Below, piece by piece: positions 39,221-52,465 of a stretch of 64,000 nucleotides of DNA. The notes beneath the pieces are model-generated. The model saw only the letters and a list, made by a program, of their open reading frames with translations, searched no databases and was not told the origin of the DNA. The stretch's first letter is position 1, and each line of letters opens with the position of its first letter. The stretch spans positions 341,663 through 405,662 of the forward strand of contig JAAOMT010000088.1 in the NCBI GenBank assembly GCA_016748015.1. The letters run 5' to 3'. This stretch comes from Geosiphon pyriformis uo1. Taxonomy: Eukaryota > Fungi > Glomeromycota. The translations under genes and the position numbers were made by a program.

Positions 39221-41162
39221 ATAAAATATTTATGGTTAATAATACCATATTATCAGCAGAAAACATACAGGCTGAGAGATATTATATTTTTATAAAAAAG
39301 TGATCATCTAAAGATTAAATTAATATTAATTGAAAGCTTTTCTGAAAATGATAATATTTTGATAATTTATCATATGATAACATAATTTAAATAATTGTTA
39401 ATTGGTTAAAATCTAATTGATTGACATCTGAAAATTAAAAATTAATAATAAAAGTGGCTAATTTTAAACTTTAATAACTTTATAAATTATAATATAATTC
39501 AAAAAATTAAATTGTAAATATAAAAAAAAAGAACTTAATCTATTATATTTATGGTTTAATTTTTTAATATTATTAAGATTAAAAGACTAAATACAATTTA
39601 AAATTATATAAATTGTTTGATGACTATAAATAGTTTATATCATAGCTTTACCAAATTGCTTTAATTTGGTATTTAATTCAGATAATCTATTTATTATTAG
39701 GTTAACAACTTGAACATAATTGGTTTCAAGTTCAACCAATTTAAAATTTTTGGCATGTGTAATTGTATTTTAAAGAGTATTTGAGTGCATTGAACATACT
39801 TATTATAATAAGCTGTTGTATAATCCACAAATAAACTGGTTTAAAATCTGTGCTTTAGTAAAATAGTCAGCTTGAATTGCCTAAATTTGGCACAAATTCT
39901 TGTGAAAATGTTTTAAGTAAGTAGTAACTACTTCAGTATCATCTTGTTTAATTGTAGTGAGACTAATTAACAAGTAATTTAAACTATTATTATTGCTAAA
40001 ATAACATAAAAATGTGGTTTTAAATGCATTAAAATCTTGAGATTTGTTTACAAGATTTTAATACCATAAGTTGGCAGTGTTTTAAAGAAAGTAAAAGATG
40101 GCTTGAATTACTTTAGTGTTATCTTATCTGTTGGTTGTAATGGTTTTTTTTATGTCATTTAGCCATACTTGAGTATTGTTCTCTTTGCAAGTAAATTATT
40201 CTAGTTTGGCAATTAGTACATATGTTATTAGTGCAAGTTGTTATTATTGTTAAAGTTGTTATTGTAGTACAACAATTGGTGCAACTAACAGATTGATCAC
40301 AATAATTAAAAGTAAGTTTTGCTAAATAATAAGAGTGAAATTTAAATTGTTTGAGTTTTGTAAAGTTTAAACAATCAGAGTTTGTATTTTTAGATTATTT
40401 AAAATTAAGATTTGATTATTATTTTCCTGATTACTGTTTTTTTTTTCTTCTGAATTGATATTTCTCCAACAACTAGTAAATCCAATATCTAATTAAGATA
40501 GCAATAATCAAAGTTTTAATAGTGTTGTTGGTCATGATTTAAATTTTTCAAAATAATTGCTATAAATTCCTAATAATTTGGCTTTTTCTTGATTATTTTG
40601 GAACAAAACTTGAGATAATGGTGTTTTTGTAATTGATAATAATATAAATCTTAATAGTATATATATAGTATTTTTTGGTGTATAATAGTATAATAAGTAA
40701 ATAAATGAAATAATTCTTGGTTTTTTTTAAGTAGACAGTTGTATTTTTCTTAATGTTTTTGTTAGTGTTTATAATTTTTTTTTGTCTGTAAAGGTAATAA
40801 AAAGTCTTTATTAAGTGTAATTTTCAATTTTTCTGTTTATTTTTGTGATTAATAACACAAACAAATAGTTTGGTAGAAGTGTGGTGCTTTGGAATAATTC
40901 ATTGTAAAAATTGTTAAGAGTAGTTTTTGGATCTTTTTGGTTTTTTAAGTAGAATTTAATTTTTTGGTTAACATAGTAATTGAAAACTAATTCTGTTAAC
41001 CAATAGTTACTTGTCAGTCTAAGATAAATTTAGTTATGTTAAAATAAGAATTTCACAAATTCCAAATGATTTTTTTTTATAATTTTTTAATCTGCCACTT
41101 TGCTAAATAATTGATATTAATGTTAGTTCTCTGTTAAATTATATTTTATAAAGAGCATCAAA

Positions 41163-42917
41163 TGTTACAAATAATTATTTGGAGTGTTAAAACAAATAAG
41201 AAACCAATAACTTAGTATTCAATAGCTGGTAATATTAGTAATTTCTGAAAATTTTGGAGTCTAAAGGTTTTGGTTGAGTTTTTTGTATAATAAACAGATA
41301 TTTAATTAATGGTTTTTTTCATAAATTTTTTTTTTCAGTGTAATGGCTAGTTTATTCTAACAATATTATCAGAGGTTTTTGATCTCTTTTCTTGAATGTT
41401 GTTAATGTTTATCTGTTGCTAATTTTACATTTTTCTGAAAACAGTTGAATCTCCAATAACCGAATTTATTTTCAAATTATCTTCTATAATTTGAACTGCT
41501 AGACTTATAAATGGAATGGTTAATTCTGTACCAGTTACTGTATGTAGTTACATTGTAGTAAATGTCAACTTTTTTTCAGAAATTGCTCATTTAGAAGCTC
41601 ACTAAAAATGTGTAGTTATTTTGCTGTGAAAATTAACTCTTCTACAGAAATCTCATCTGTAGACTACCTTAATAATTATGATAAAAAAAAAAGGAATATA
41701 AAATAAATGTAAAAGAAATAAAATTCTAACAAGAGAAATGTTTTCTATTCAGACCTGAAGTTACTAACAGATTACTGAAATTGGTAGCTAATCAATTTCA
41801 AAATATTAGTTGTGTTGAGAAAATTTCAAATATAATAAAATAAAAAATTTGGTTTTTAAATATTTAATTTTTATTTGAGATGTATAAAAGGTGATTTGTT
41901 CTAATTAAGATATCTAAAATAAGATACTATGGTAAGATACTATAAGAAAATACATTTTCTTAAAGAGAGAAGCTTTTCTTTTATACAACTTGTTATAGTA
42001 TTAGTCTTTGAACTTGCACTTTTTTCTTTGCTCTGATTTCAGCAAACTAAAGATATATTTTAGCAAACTACAAGTTATTTCTACAAACTATTAATTATTT
42101 CGGCCAATTTTTATCAATTTCGGCGACTTTTGACTATATTAAATGGTTCAGGGTATTGTGTAATTTAATTATCTTAATTTTTATGGTACAAATCGGATTA
42201 TTAATTAAATAATAATATTTGATAATTTGGTTAAATAATAAGTGATAATTGAAATAATAATAGTATGTGCTAATTAATAATAAGAATTATGAGAATAATT
42301 TCATGCTAATTAATAGCTAAAATTCTATTATAACAACAGTTATGCTCTTCTGATAAGCTATTCTTTAATTTCTACTCTTATTTCTGAGTTTTTTATCAAG
42401 CTATCTTTGACATTAATTATTCAGTGCTTAATTTTTTTAATTAATTAATAAACAACAAAAAAATAAAATAAAAAAATAAAATAAAATAAAATAAAAAATT
42501 AGTATTTTATCAATAATCATAATCAAAAGCTATTGATCCAGTGTAGTTAAGTATTGAATTTTATTAACATAAAGTATTGATAATATAAAATAAATTAATA
42601 TTTTTTTAATTAAGTAATAATAATATAGATTTAATAATAATAGATAATTTTATTAAATAGAGAAATGATTTTACTTCAAGTTATAAAAAACTATTTTTTG
42701 AAGAAAAAAGTATTGTTCTAAATTAATATAAACTCTATTGAATTTTTCTGAAATTATTTTTTCTGCTTTTAACACTTTTACTATATATATATAATTTATA
42801 TTATATGAAATTCTTAAAAAATTCTGCAATTCCCTAAGAGAATTCTCTATTTTACTATGCCTATTTCTGATTAATTATTTTATTTATTATTATAATTCTT
42901 AATTTCTATGAATAACA
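41163..42917 (-). repeat. E3 5' LTR, split by a solo LTR
   Basis: 41163-41363 plus 42340-42917 match 24891-25677. Confidence 0.87.
41364..42335. mobile_element. Solo LTR of another family, TSD ACAA/ACAG
   Basis: TATTAT...ATAACA termini; removing it restores the E3 LTR sequence seen at ~25060-25090. Confidence 0.8.
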
Positions 42918-43150
42918 CTAATAAAAAACCAGTTAAAAATAAAAAAGATATTTTAACAGCCATTAAAAACAGCTTTTCACTAATATTTTTTAAGAGAAAT
43001 ATGGCCAAAAATATTACGTTTAGCTGTTTTAATAACAAAGAAACTTTCTTGTGTTGAAACTTTATTAGTTACTATAGAAAAAATAATATTTGTAGTTTTT
43101 TTACTTTTTGCTTTGATCATAATCATAAAATTAAGAAAGCAAAAAGTTTT
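42918..43150 (-). mobile_element. 5' part of half-LINE copy B
   Basis: Continues 24860-24890 across the CTAA TSD; homologous to 13200-13440. Confidence 0.7.
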
Positions 43151-46000
43151 TTTTTTCTTTTTATATGTTAGATAATGATTAAATTATATTTATAAAACTA
43201 ATAAAAAAAAATTATTATTAATTACATAATTTTATTTTTACAATAATACATATTTATTAAAAAATTAAAAGCTATACAAAAAATAATTTTTTTTAATTTT
43301 TAAAACATTAAAATAAGAATACAATATTTAGAGATATCAATTTCTATTTTAAAAAAAGTTTAATAATTTATTTTATTTACAAACTTTTTATATTATTATA
43401 TATTTAAAAACACAATACAAATTTTATTAAAAGTTATATAATTATTAATTACAAAGTTATAATATTCATTTTAAAAAAATTATAAAAAAAAATTTATTAG
43501 AAAAAAAATAATATTCAAATATGATTTAACAATATTAAAAAAACTATTACAATTAATAATTAAAAAACTATTATATAAGTCAAAAATTTTAAATTAGCCA
43601 AACAAAAAATTAAATATGCTTATATTATAAACTTAACAATAAATAAATTATCTAAATTGAATATTAAATTAAAATAATTTAGTAAATTTATTAATTAAAA
43701 ATTAGATTAATAAATTGATTTTTCCAATATTATAAAAATAATTAGAACAATTATTTTTAAAATCAATTATAGTTATTATTATTAAATTAATAATAAGTGC
43801 AAAAAATTTAAATTTGCAATTATTATTACAAATAGATTTTATATTAAGATTAATAATTAAACTAATAATTAAAAAATATTTAATAATTTATTATACAATT
43901 TTTAAATAAAAAAATACCAGATAAAAACAGTATTATTACAAATTAACAAAGTATATTATAAAAAAAACGTTAATAACTTGTTATAAATAAGACAAGTATA
44001 AAAAATATTGATATTATTATTATTAAAAACCTAAAATAAACAATTATATATATTAATAATTATGTTATTATATTAATATTTAACAGTTTAAAAAGAATTG
44101 TTTTAAAATAAACAAAACAAAATACATTATTAATTTAAATATTATTTTATTTACCAAAATATAATATATTAAAAAAAATAAAAAAGAGCTAAACAAATTA
44201 TTAAAAATAATAAAAAAATAAAAAATAGTTTTATTTAACATATATTTAAATTTAATAATAAAATATTTTTATTATAAAACAATAATTAAAAAAATTAAAA
44301 AACTATATTATTAGCTAATTATATATTTTAATATCATATAATATATACAGAATTATAATGTTTGTTAAAAAAAAATTAAAACCAAGTAAATTACTAAAAT
44401 AAATTAAAATTGATTTAATCAAATTATTATTATTAATTATTAAAAACAATTAATACATAATATTTATTATAAATTATTTTATTAAATAGCTAAAAGTTAA
44501 AGCTATTTAAAGAATTATTACAGAATTAATAACTATATTTGTTTATTAAAATTTGATATATTAATATTAATATTCAAAAAAACAAGATAGAATACAATTA
44601 ATACTATTTAAATTAACATATAATAAACTAGCAATACTATTAATTAAAATAAAAATAATAATATATTTAATTAAATTAATAACAAAAGCCATATTTTAAA
44701 AAACATTATAAGACAAATATATAACTTAATAAAAATATTAGAAAACAAAAAAAACAGTTGATAATATTAAAGCTTTATAAAAAAAACAAAAAAAACAAAA
44801 AAAACATAATAATTAACTGTTAAATAAATATTTTGTAAAATTTTATTTACCTTATATTATAAATTTTTAATTATGTTTATTTTGAAAAAAAATAATTGTG
44901 TTAATTAATTATTATTTTTAAACAACTATTTTTTAAGTTTAAATATTTAAAACCACAAATTTACAATTAAATAATAGTTTTTGCAAATATTAATATATTA
45001 TTAATTTTTTAAAACATTTAAATTAATTTTTGGTAAAAAAAAAATAATATTTTTGTTTAAAAAAAATATATAAAATTTTACTAAATATTTTGAAATTTTA
45101 AAAAACTGTTATAATAAATTAGCATAATAGTAATTACAAATTTTAGATTGTTAAAAAAATTTTTAAGAATTTTTTTTGGCTTTAAAAAATAATTTAATAA
45201 AATAAAAACTAAAAGTTTGACCAGAATTATTGCTATTACAAATTAAAATATAAATCAGAATTACCAAACAGAATTTAAACTAGAATTATTACTAAAAATT
45301 ATTAATAGTGTTAATTATTTTATTATAAAAATTTTTCATTATTTTATTTATTATTAATAAAATATTTTAATTTTTATATCAAATTAACAAATATAAAAAA
45401 ATCCGTATAAAAAAAAGATTTTTTTTTCCAAAAAATATTTATTATAGATATTTGATAGCTAAATAATGGTTTTTATACTTAAAAATAAAATTCAATTTGC
45501 AAAAATATAATTAACAAGGTAAATTTTCTTTTTTATTTATTTATTAAAAATTAACAATTTTATAATCATTTAACTATAAATTGTAGATACATTAGTTTAT
45601 TTTAGAAACTAAATTCAGAAAAAGTAATTATTTAAAAACTTTTAAATTTTAATATAAGTTTGTAACATTTTTTAATTCACTAAAAATATATTATAATAAC
45701 AAAGTTAGGCCAAAATTTTAACAAAAATATATAAGTATTAAATTTGGAATTATTTTCAACAAAATAAATATATGATCAGAGAAACAGTATTTTTAAACCA
45801 AAAAAAGTGGTTTTATTTGTAAAAACCCAATAGTTAAAATTTTCACAGTTATACCAATGTTAATAAATAAAATTTTTTCACAAATTATGTTTTTAATAAT
45901 TAATTTAAAGGCAAAAAAACCAAAAAATCAGGTTTACAAACTTTTTTTGAACATTATGATAATAAATTTTTTAAATATTTATGAATTAAGATATTTTTTT
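43150..46000. repeat. Extremely AT-rich, terminally decayed repeat sequence (possibly an old LINE)
   Basis: Almost no C/G and no ORFs in the track; family not assignable. Confidence 0.45.
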
Positions 46001-47067
46001 GTTAAATTATGATTTCTTTTTAAGATAAATTTAGAAAAGAGTTTAGTATTGTCCCAAGAATAATTTATTTTCAATATCAAAAAGTTTTTTCAAGAAATCT
46101 TTTGGGAATTAATGAGGCAATTTTTAATATTGTTAGTGTTTCGCAATCTTTGAAAAACTTCTATGAAACCAAGTGATAGAAAAAAAAAAGTATTTTCAAA
46201 ATATATGTATATATTTATCTTTAATCAATTGAATTAATATAAAGACTTGCAGTAAATATTTCGAAAATTTTTAGAAATGCCTTTGTCATATTTATGATAA
46301 GAGTTCTGTGAGGAATGTGATGAAAAGCAATTTTATTTTTATTTTTTACACAGAACCACAAGATATCGAAGGTACAATGGAAAAACTAGATTACAAGCCT
46401 GTTTATATTTAATTTACATGAAAGTAAAACTTAAAAGATTAAACTTCAAGACAAAGAAAATTATGCAAGTCATCTTTACTTAATTAATTAAGAAAAACTA
46501 ACATAATCAAAAATTTTAGTGAAAGTATCGGTTGTTTGGAACAATTGAGTTTACGACAGCTTGAATAATACGAGATCAAAATAAATTTTTAAACGATAAC
46601 GTTTTGTTTGCTTCTTATCATTTAATGTTTTTTTTTTACAAGGATCAGAAAAATAAATAAAAAATCATCTAATTTATTGTTTTTCGTCTGAATAGAGTGA
46701 TAATGCGCAACATATTCCGAGCCTTCTCTGTTTACGATTTTCGTTGCTTCCTATTATCTGGATTTGTTTATTATATGTTTTAATTTCGCGAATTTTCGTG
46801 TCAAAATATTAGTATCGGCTGTGTCTATTCCCGGGTAGTTTGAAGTAGTTGAACAAGAGAAGTGATAGGCCACGAGTCGTAATTGGGAGAAAATATACCA
46901 ACCCGAAGCATAGGTCGATTAAAATTAATTAATTCTTTTCGGATGGAATTCTAGAATCTTGTTCGAATAAATAAAATATTCTTTGTGAAAGGAGAAAGGT
47001 TACTTGAAACCAAAAATTTTGTGATATGCAACTTGTGAAAATACTCGTTTTAGAAGAAGGTTTCAAG

Positions 47068-47137
47068 TATATATCATATATCATATATCATATCTCATAT
47101 CTCATATCTCATATCTCATATCTCATATCTCATATCA
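47068..47137. repeat. (ATATATC)n/(ATATCTC)n heptamer microsatellite
   Basis: Directly visible tandem repeat. Confidence 0.9.
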
Positions 47138-50100
47138 TGTAATCATAATCATGATTGCTATTATTGGAAGCAATCTATCAGAGCTTTCAGTTTTTAAATT
47201 AAAAATTAAAAATTAAAAATTAAATGTTATTTTAAAAAAGAAATTTCTTAAGTAGAATATATTCAGGAACTGAAGTGAGAAAGAAATTAAACATTCTTTC
47301 TCAACAAAATAAAAAATATATATTTTATTTTCATTTTTAAAGTTGTAACCCCAATTTGTGAAGCGAGCAAATCTTTTGATTACCAACATTTCTAAATCTC
47401 CATTTTATGAGACCTTTCTCAAAATTGGGTCATTATGATCATGAACATTAATGTTTTTATCCTTAATAGACATAAATATCATAGTAATAGAGTTTTCCTG
47501 AAGTTTATCAGAATGAATTCATTTAATAACAATAACTACAATAATAATAATAATAAGAATAAGAATAATAATAATTGTAATTATGATTGTAATTATGATT
47601 GTTACTATTATTTACAAAAAAAAAAAGCTAATCGAAAAGTATTTATTATTTCTTTATCACCGTAGAAGGTTCGGGTTGAAATCAAAAATTTCCGGACCAC
47701 GTGAGTCTTATCATGAAAATTATTTCAAAAAGATATTAAAGGATAAAATTTCAACTTTAATTAATTGAATCTTTAAATTGTACAATTTTTTTGATCAAGA
47801 CTATTTTTTAATTTTTAAGAGTTATGAGAAACAACAGAACTTTCTTTATCGAAAAATTTCAAATATTTTCAAATACATGAATAGAACTTAATGCAATTCA
47901 ACGTCATTTTAATTAAATTTCGTCTGCCAAGAAAGCTTTTTTTTTTTTTTTTGGTAATCTTGCATAAGCTATAAGAGAGAGGAGTATTGGCTCGATTGTT
48001 AAACCAATGTTGATAATATGGGGAAATGACAATCTGCATGTACGCGCGTGGCCCATTGTTTGAACATCTTTATATAATGATATTCCTTAAAAGACTTCCT
48101 AAATTTTTCAGCATATTGCTAATCTTTGTGAGAAAAAAAATGTATCACATACACACACACACGTATTTAAATAAACTACTTTTTAATTTGATTATCAGTA
48201 ACATTATATCAGGTACAGAATTAGGTTAGAATAATGTGCAACGTGGAAACTCTGCATCGGGACATTTTTAAAACATATAATTTTCCTATCAATCTCTCAT
48301 GTTGAAACAGAAAAAAAAATTCCTTTGGTAAAATTCAATTATTATTATCAAACCCGGTAAATTATTTGAATATAAAGAATATTTGAATTTTAAAAAAAAT
48401 TCTTTTTTTGAAATGTATATATTTATTTTTCTAGAATGATTCAAAAAATAAAAAAAAGTATTTTTATTTTTTTAAAAGATGAATTTATCCAATTAATTAA
48501 AAATCAAATTTACAAAATGAGAAACTGTTTAATTTAAAAATGGCTATGGGGGGTGGGGTTGGGTTATCCTATTGAATTCAACCCATTTAAACTTTCTTTT
48601 TTTTTTTTCATTTCAGATTGTGAATAAGAAATTATTATTTTTTTTACGTCAAGATTTGATGACCTCAATCTTTTACTCAATTCGGTACAAAGCATCAAGC
48701 CCGAAACAAAGCATTATCTTTTTTTTTTGCAATCAAAACTGATTTCCATCATTGAATCGTTCTTCCATATTTTGAAAATGAAAATAGATTTTACTGTGAA
48801 TCTTTTTCAAAACAAATAATAAAAAAAACTGTCCCAAATCTATTAATTTTATGATTTTCCATTTTAATTAGACAAGAATTTCTAGAAGATTACTGATTTG
48901 ATTAATACGAATCTCAACAGGGTCCTCATTTCGTTAAGCCCGGTTCCCAATTCAAATAATGAAATCAAATTACGCATTTATTGCTTCTATTTTAATTATT
49001 GAAAGATTAAAAAAATAATATTATAATATAAATTTAATATAATTCAATAATATTTTTTTTCAAAGTTATTGTTTTCCTTTTTTTTTCTTACTAAAATTTC
49101 TTAATTTGGAAGATAGAGATAAAAAATCTTAACTGTGCTAATGAAAGTTAATTCATTTTAACAGCATCACTACCAACATTACTATCACCACCAGTATTAC
49201 CACAACCACTACCATCAACACCACCACCACCACCACCACCACCACCACTCTCACCCCTCACCCCTATCTCTATCCCTACCCCTATCCCCATCCATAGATT
49301 CAAACATCAAAAAAGAAAAGAAAAGAAAAGAAAAAGAGATATGATATATTTCATAAAACTTAATTAAGAAATTAATTTTTGGATAGGAGTTGTCCGTGTT
49401 GTAATTTCTTTTTGTCTTAGTATAATGAACAAAAACTTAATCGGATAATTGGTTACGAATTTTTTTTTGTTAAAAAACAAAATGGTTTAGCTTTTTTCTT
49501 TCTTAATATAAAAATAATAATAATAATGAAGAAAGATATAAACCAAATCCTGGTATCGAGAAAAGTTTACAAAGATTTAATCATGATTTCATAAGGATAG
49601 AAATTTCCTCAGAAATTTACAATAAACTTTCTAGGTTAAATAAATGCTATCTATCTATCTGTCCGTTATAAAATTAAATGAGGTCAAAGATTAAGCACAA
49701 ATGACAGAATTTTTAATTAATTTATTTTTCTGAAATTATTCAAATGATCGCTAATAACCAATAATGTTTTGTGGAGTTACTTTCCAACTTCAGTAGTATT
49801 CGGGTATTTCAAAAATTTATGTTTTTACTATGATGATTTTTGATAATAGTAATAAATCCTAATTAAGGAAAAACGAAGCTTCTTTAAAATTTGTATGCAT
49901 GAAAGATATTTAGAAAGGATTATCAAAGTTGATTGGTGATTAGATTTTAAGGTTTTTAGGCACCTGAGTCAGCGGTTTTTTTTTGGATCGACGAATGTAA
50001 AATCTTCAATTTCCCTATTTAATTTATACCTAATTCGTTAGGAACTATTAAAAAAAAAGTTAGATTTAAAAGAAATCCTATTTAAAATTCAAAAAATTAA

Positions 50101-52455
50101 ACCAGTAACAAAAAAAAACTCTTTCCCAGGACTAAACACTAAAAAGTTAACATTTCTGTTATAATGACGTATTGAAAATTATAAAAAAAATTATTTTGTC
50201 TGTTTCTTTACTCGATTGAGAATGTCTAATAAATAGACCAACGAGAAAGATAGAAAAGTCAGCCTTCCTTGGAATACCAAATATTTAAATGAAAAACCTT
50301 CCAAGGCATCATTTATTTGTTTGATGAGACTTTCTATTAGATTTTCAGAACACCTATTCTTCAAGGAAAACTCAAAATGAGGATTTTCTGAAATCGCTTT
50401 GAAATACAAAAAAGTCAAGTTTTTAAAAAATTTTCATTATCCAGGTTGTTCATATGTTTATCATTTTATTATTGGTTGATGTTCAAAATGATCCTCATCT
50501 TTAAAAAAAGATTCACTTTTTGTAAGGTGTCAAAGCAACTAGTTTGTATCGGGAATTTTTTATGTTTCAGCACTTTATCGCTTATCAATGCATATTCCTT
50601 TTCTCAAAGGTACAAAAAGATGATGGTTTCACCTCTGACTCCAGATTTGGCACTTTTTATGTTTGGATATTAAAAAAAAAATTTGCTTATGAAAATCTTT
50701 AATAATAATAATAATAATTATAATAATAATAATAATAAATAATTATAATAATAATAATAATAATAATAATTATCATTATTTTATATCGTTATATACTGTG
50801 TATGTAATTATTAAAAATAAAAAATGTTTACTCATTCAACTAATTCATTTAAAAATTCACAATTTTTTTATCTACAGGATTTTTAAGAATTGCCGATAAA
50901 GTTACATGACAAAATCATTAAAGCTTTTTATCACGGATTCCATGATGTTACCTCACAAAATATTGAGGAATTACCAACTAAGACAACGGGATGTTCGTGT
51001 TGATCACAATAGGATGGTCAAGTATGCAATGACAAACCAAAACGTCAATGCGTATCGTATCGAGTTATGCATGTATATGCATAACTCGATTACATGAAGT
51101 ATTAGGCATTTTAAAAATCAACTAAAATGTTTCATTTTTCTTCGGGATTTTTAAACACGCGAAATAACCTAATCTTTCTGCAGCAACGAAATTACAAAAC
51201 CTCTTGAATCATATTTTTAGAAAAAAGTATTGCTTTTTATTTATTTTAAAAATATATTATTCTGGTTATTATTATATTGGTCCTTGGTCGGGATATTAAT
51301 TGTTGTGACCCACGATTATTCAGGTCCGTCTAATACAATCTTTTATTTGTTTTGTTTGTTTTAAATGTCTCCCAACGGAAAATATTTGTTCGAACTTCCG
51401 AAAATCGTGAAAAATTTTACTTTGTTATACAATCATCATTTAATTCAGTTCATATTTGAACCAACGCCGAGGCATTTTTTAACATGCCGGAGCTACGTCA
51501 ACCGACCTGATTTTCTATCTCCGTATAGCTCCGTACCAAACAATTCCCAAAGAAAAATTATATTAATTAGATATCAAACTCATGCAAAACAATGCTAGAT
51601 ATCATAATTAAGAAGATCATTATATGCCATGATAGGAAAGAATATCATTGAGCCCATGTTTATCCTATGGGATTTCTCCAAAAGAACATGGGAAGATTTT
51701 TTTTAAGAGGAAATTCTTTTGAAGATCATCTGAATTTGAACTTAATTTCTAGTTAACATCCTATTTTTTCATCATTCGAATCACTCTATCTATCTCTCTG
51801 AATAATCTTTTTTCTTGTGTAAGCAGCTGATTATTCTACACACCACATGTTATGATTACTATATATATTTATGCACTTTAATAAAAAATCAAATAATTGA
51901 TAATACATTATTATTATTATATCATCAAGAATCATTGATTTGATAATTTGATATTTCAAATAAATTATTTACATATACATATATATATATTAAAATCGGT
52001 TATTGAAAAACTTTAATTAGAATGATTAAATGGAAATCGAAAACACACACGATTACTCTAAATTGAATTTATTCTAGAGAATGTAATTAATAAATAAAAT
52101 AAAATAAAATAAAATAAAATGAAATAATAAATATAAAAAATTCATTAATTTATTAATTCATTAATTCTTTCTTATTACATGGCTCTCCTTACTAATCCGG
52201 AAATAAAATTATACCGTTTTTCGTTTGGTTTACGCTATCTTTTTTAATAAACGATTTTTTGTTTCAAGTTTTTTTTAATGCTGTTACGGAAATCGTTTGT
52301 TTTTTTGAAGATCAAAAAAATAATCTTAAAAGAATTAAAAAAGTAATATAACTTGTGTTTTTATAATAACTTTACTTTAAAAAAAAATTTATTTCTATTT
52401 ATATAATTAATAAACATTATATTCAAATTATATATATACATAATTGAGGAAATTT

Positions 52456-52465
52456 TATATATAAA
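52456..52465 (+). promoter_or_regulatory. Candidate TATA box of the C2H2 gene
   Basis: TATATATAAA followed by a pyrimidine-rich leader, ~380 bp upstream of the ATG. Confidence 0.5.

Larger units (their letters stand above)
27629..39642 (-). mobile_element. IS630-Tc1-mariner-like DNA transposon (~4.3 kb without nested E2) with TA TSD, carrying a transposase and a bromodomain gene
   Basis: ~27-bp TIRs TAATGCAAACCATTTATAATCATCAAA (27629-27655) and TGATATAAACTATTTATAGTCATCAAA (reverse complement of 39616-39642), differing only by transitions; TA at 27627-27628 and 39643-39644; excision rejoins the E3 gag frame (QFGKAIN*KIERYLANN). Confidence 0.87.
24891..42917 (-). mobile_element. Ty3/Gypsy element E3 (same dUTPase family as E1; RT-RNaseH-integrase deleted), host of three nested insertions
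   Basis: TSD CTAA (24887-24890, 42918-42921); PBS-like sequence next to 41162; gag at ~39645-41100 and ~27000-27626 with knuckle CHYCGKQEHLKLNY; protease IKLIFNSKLAGS (LILDSG) at ~26780; dUTPase truncated at ~25725 and joined to the PPT. Confidence 0.88.

Noticed and set aside
43150-46000. Organelle insertion or centromere-specific AT-rich DNA
   Set aside because: No organellar gene or RNA motifs and no satellite periodicity; better explained as end-stage C>T decay of repeats.
47435-51598. Short ORFs (47435, 47583, 48026, 50191, 50446, 50906, 51365)
   Set aside because: Low-complexity or chance ORFs with no motifs and no coherent splice structure.
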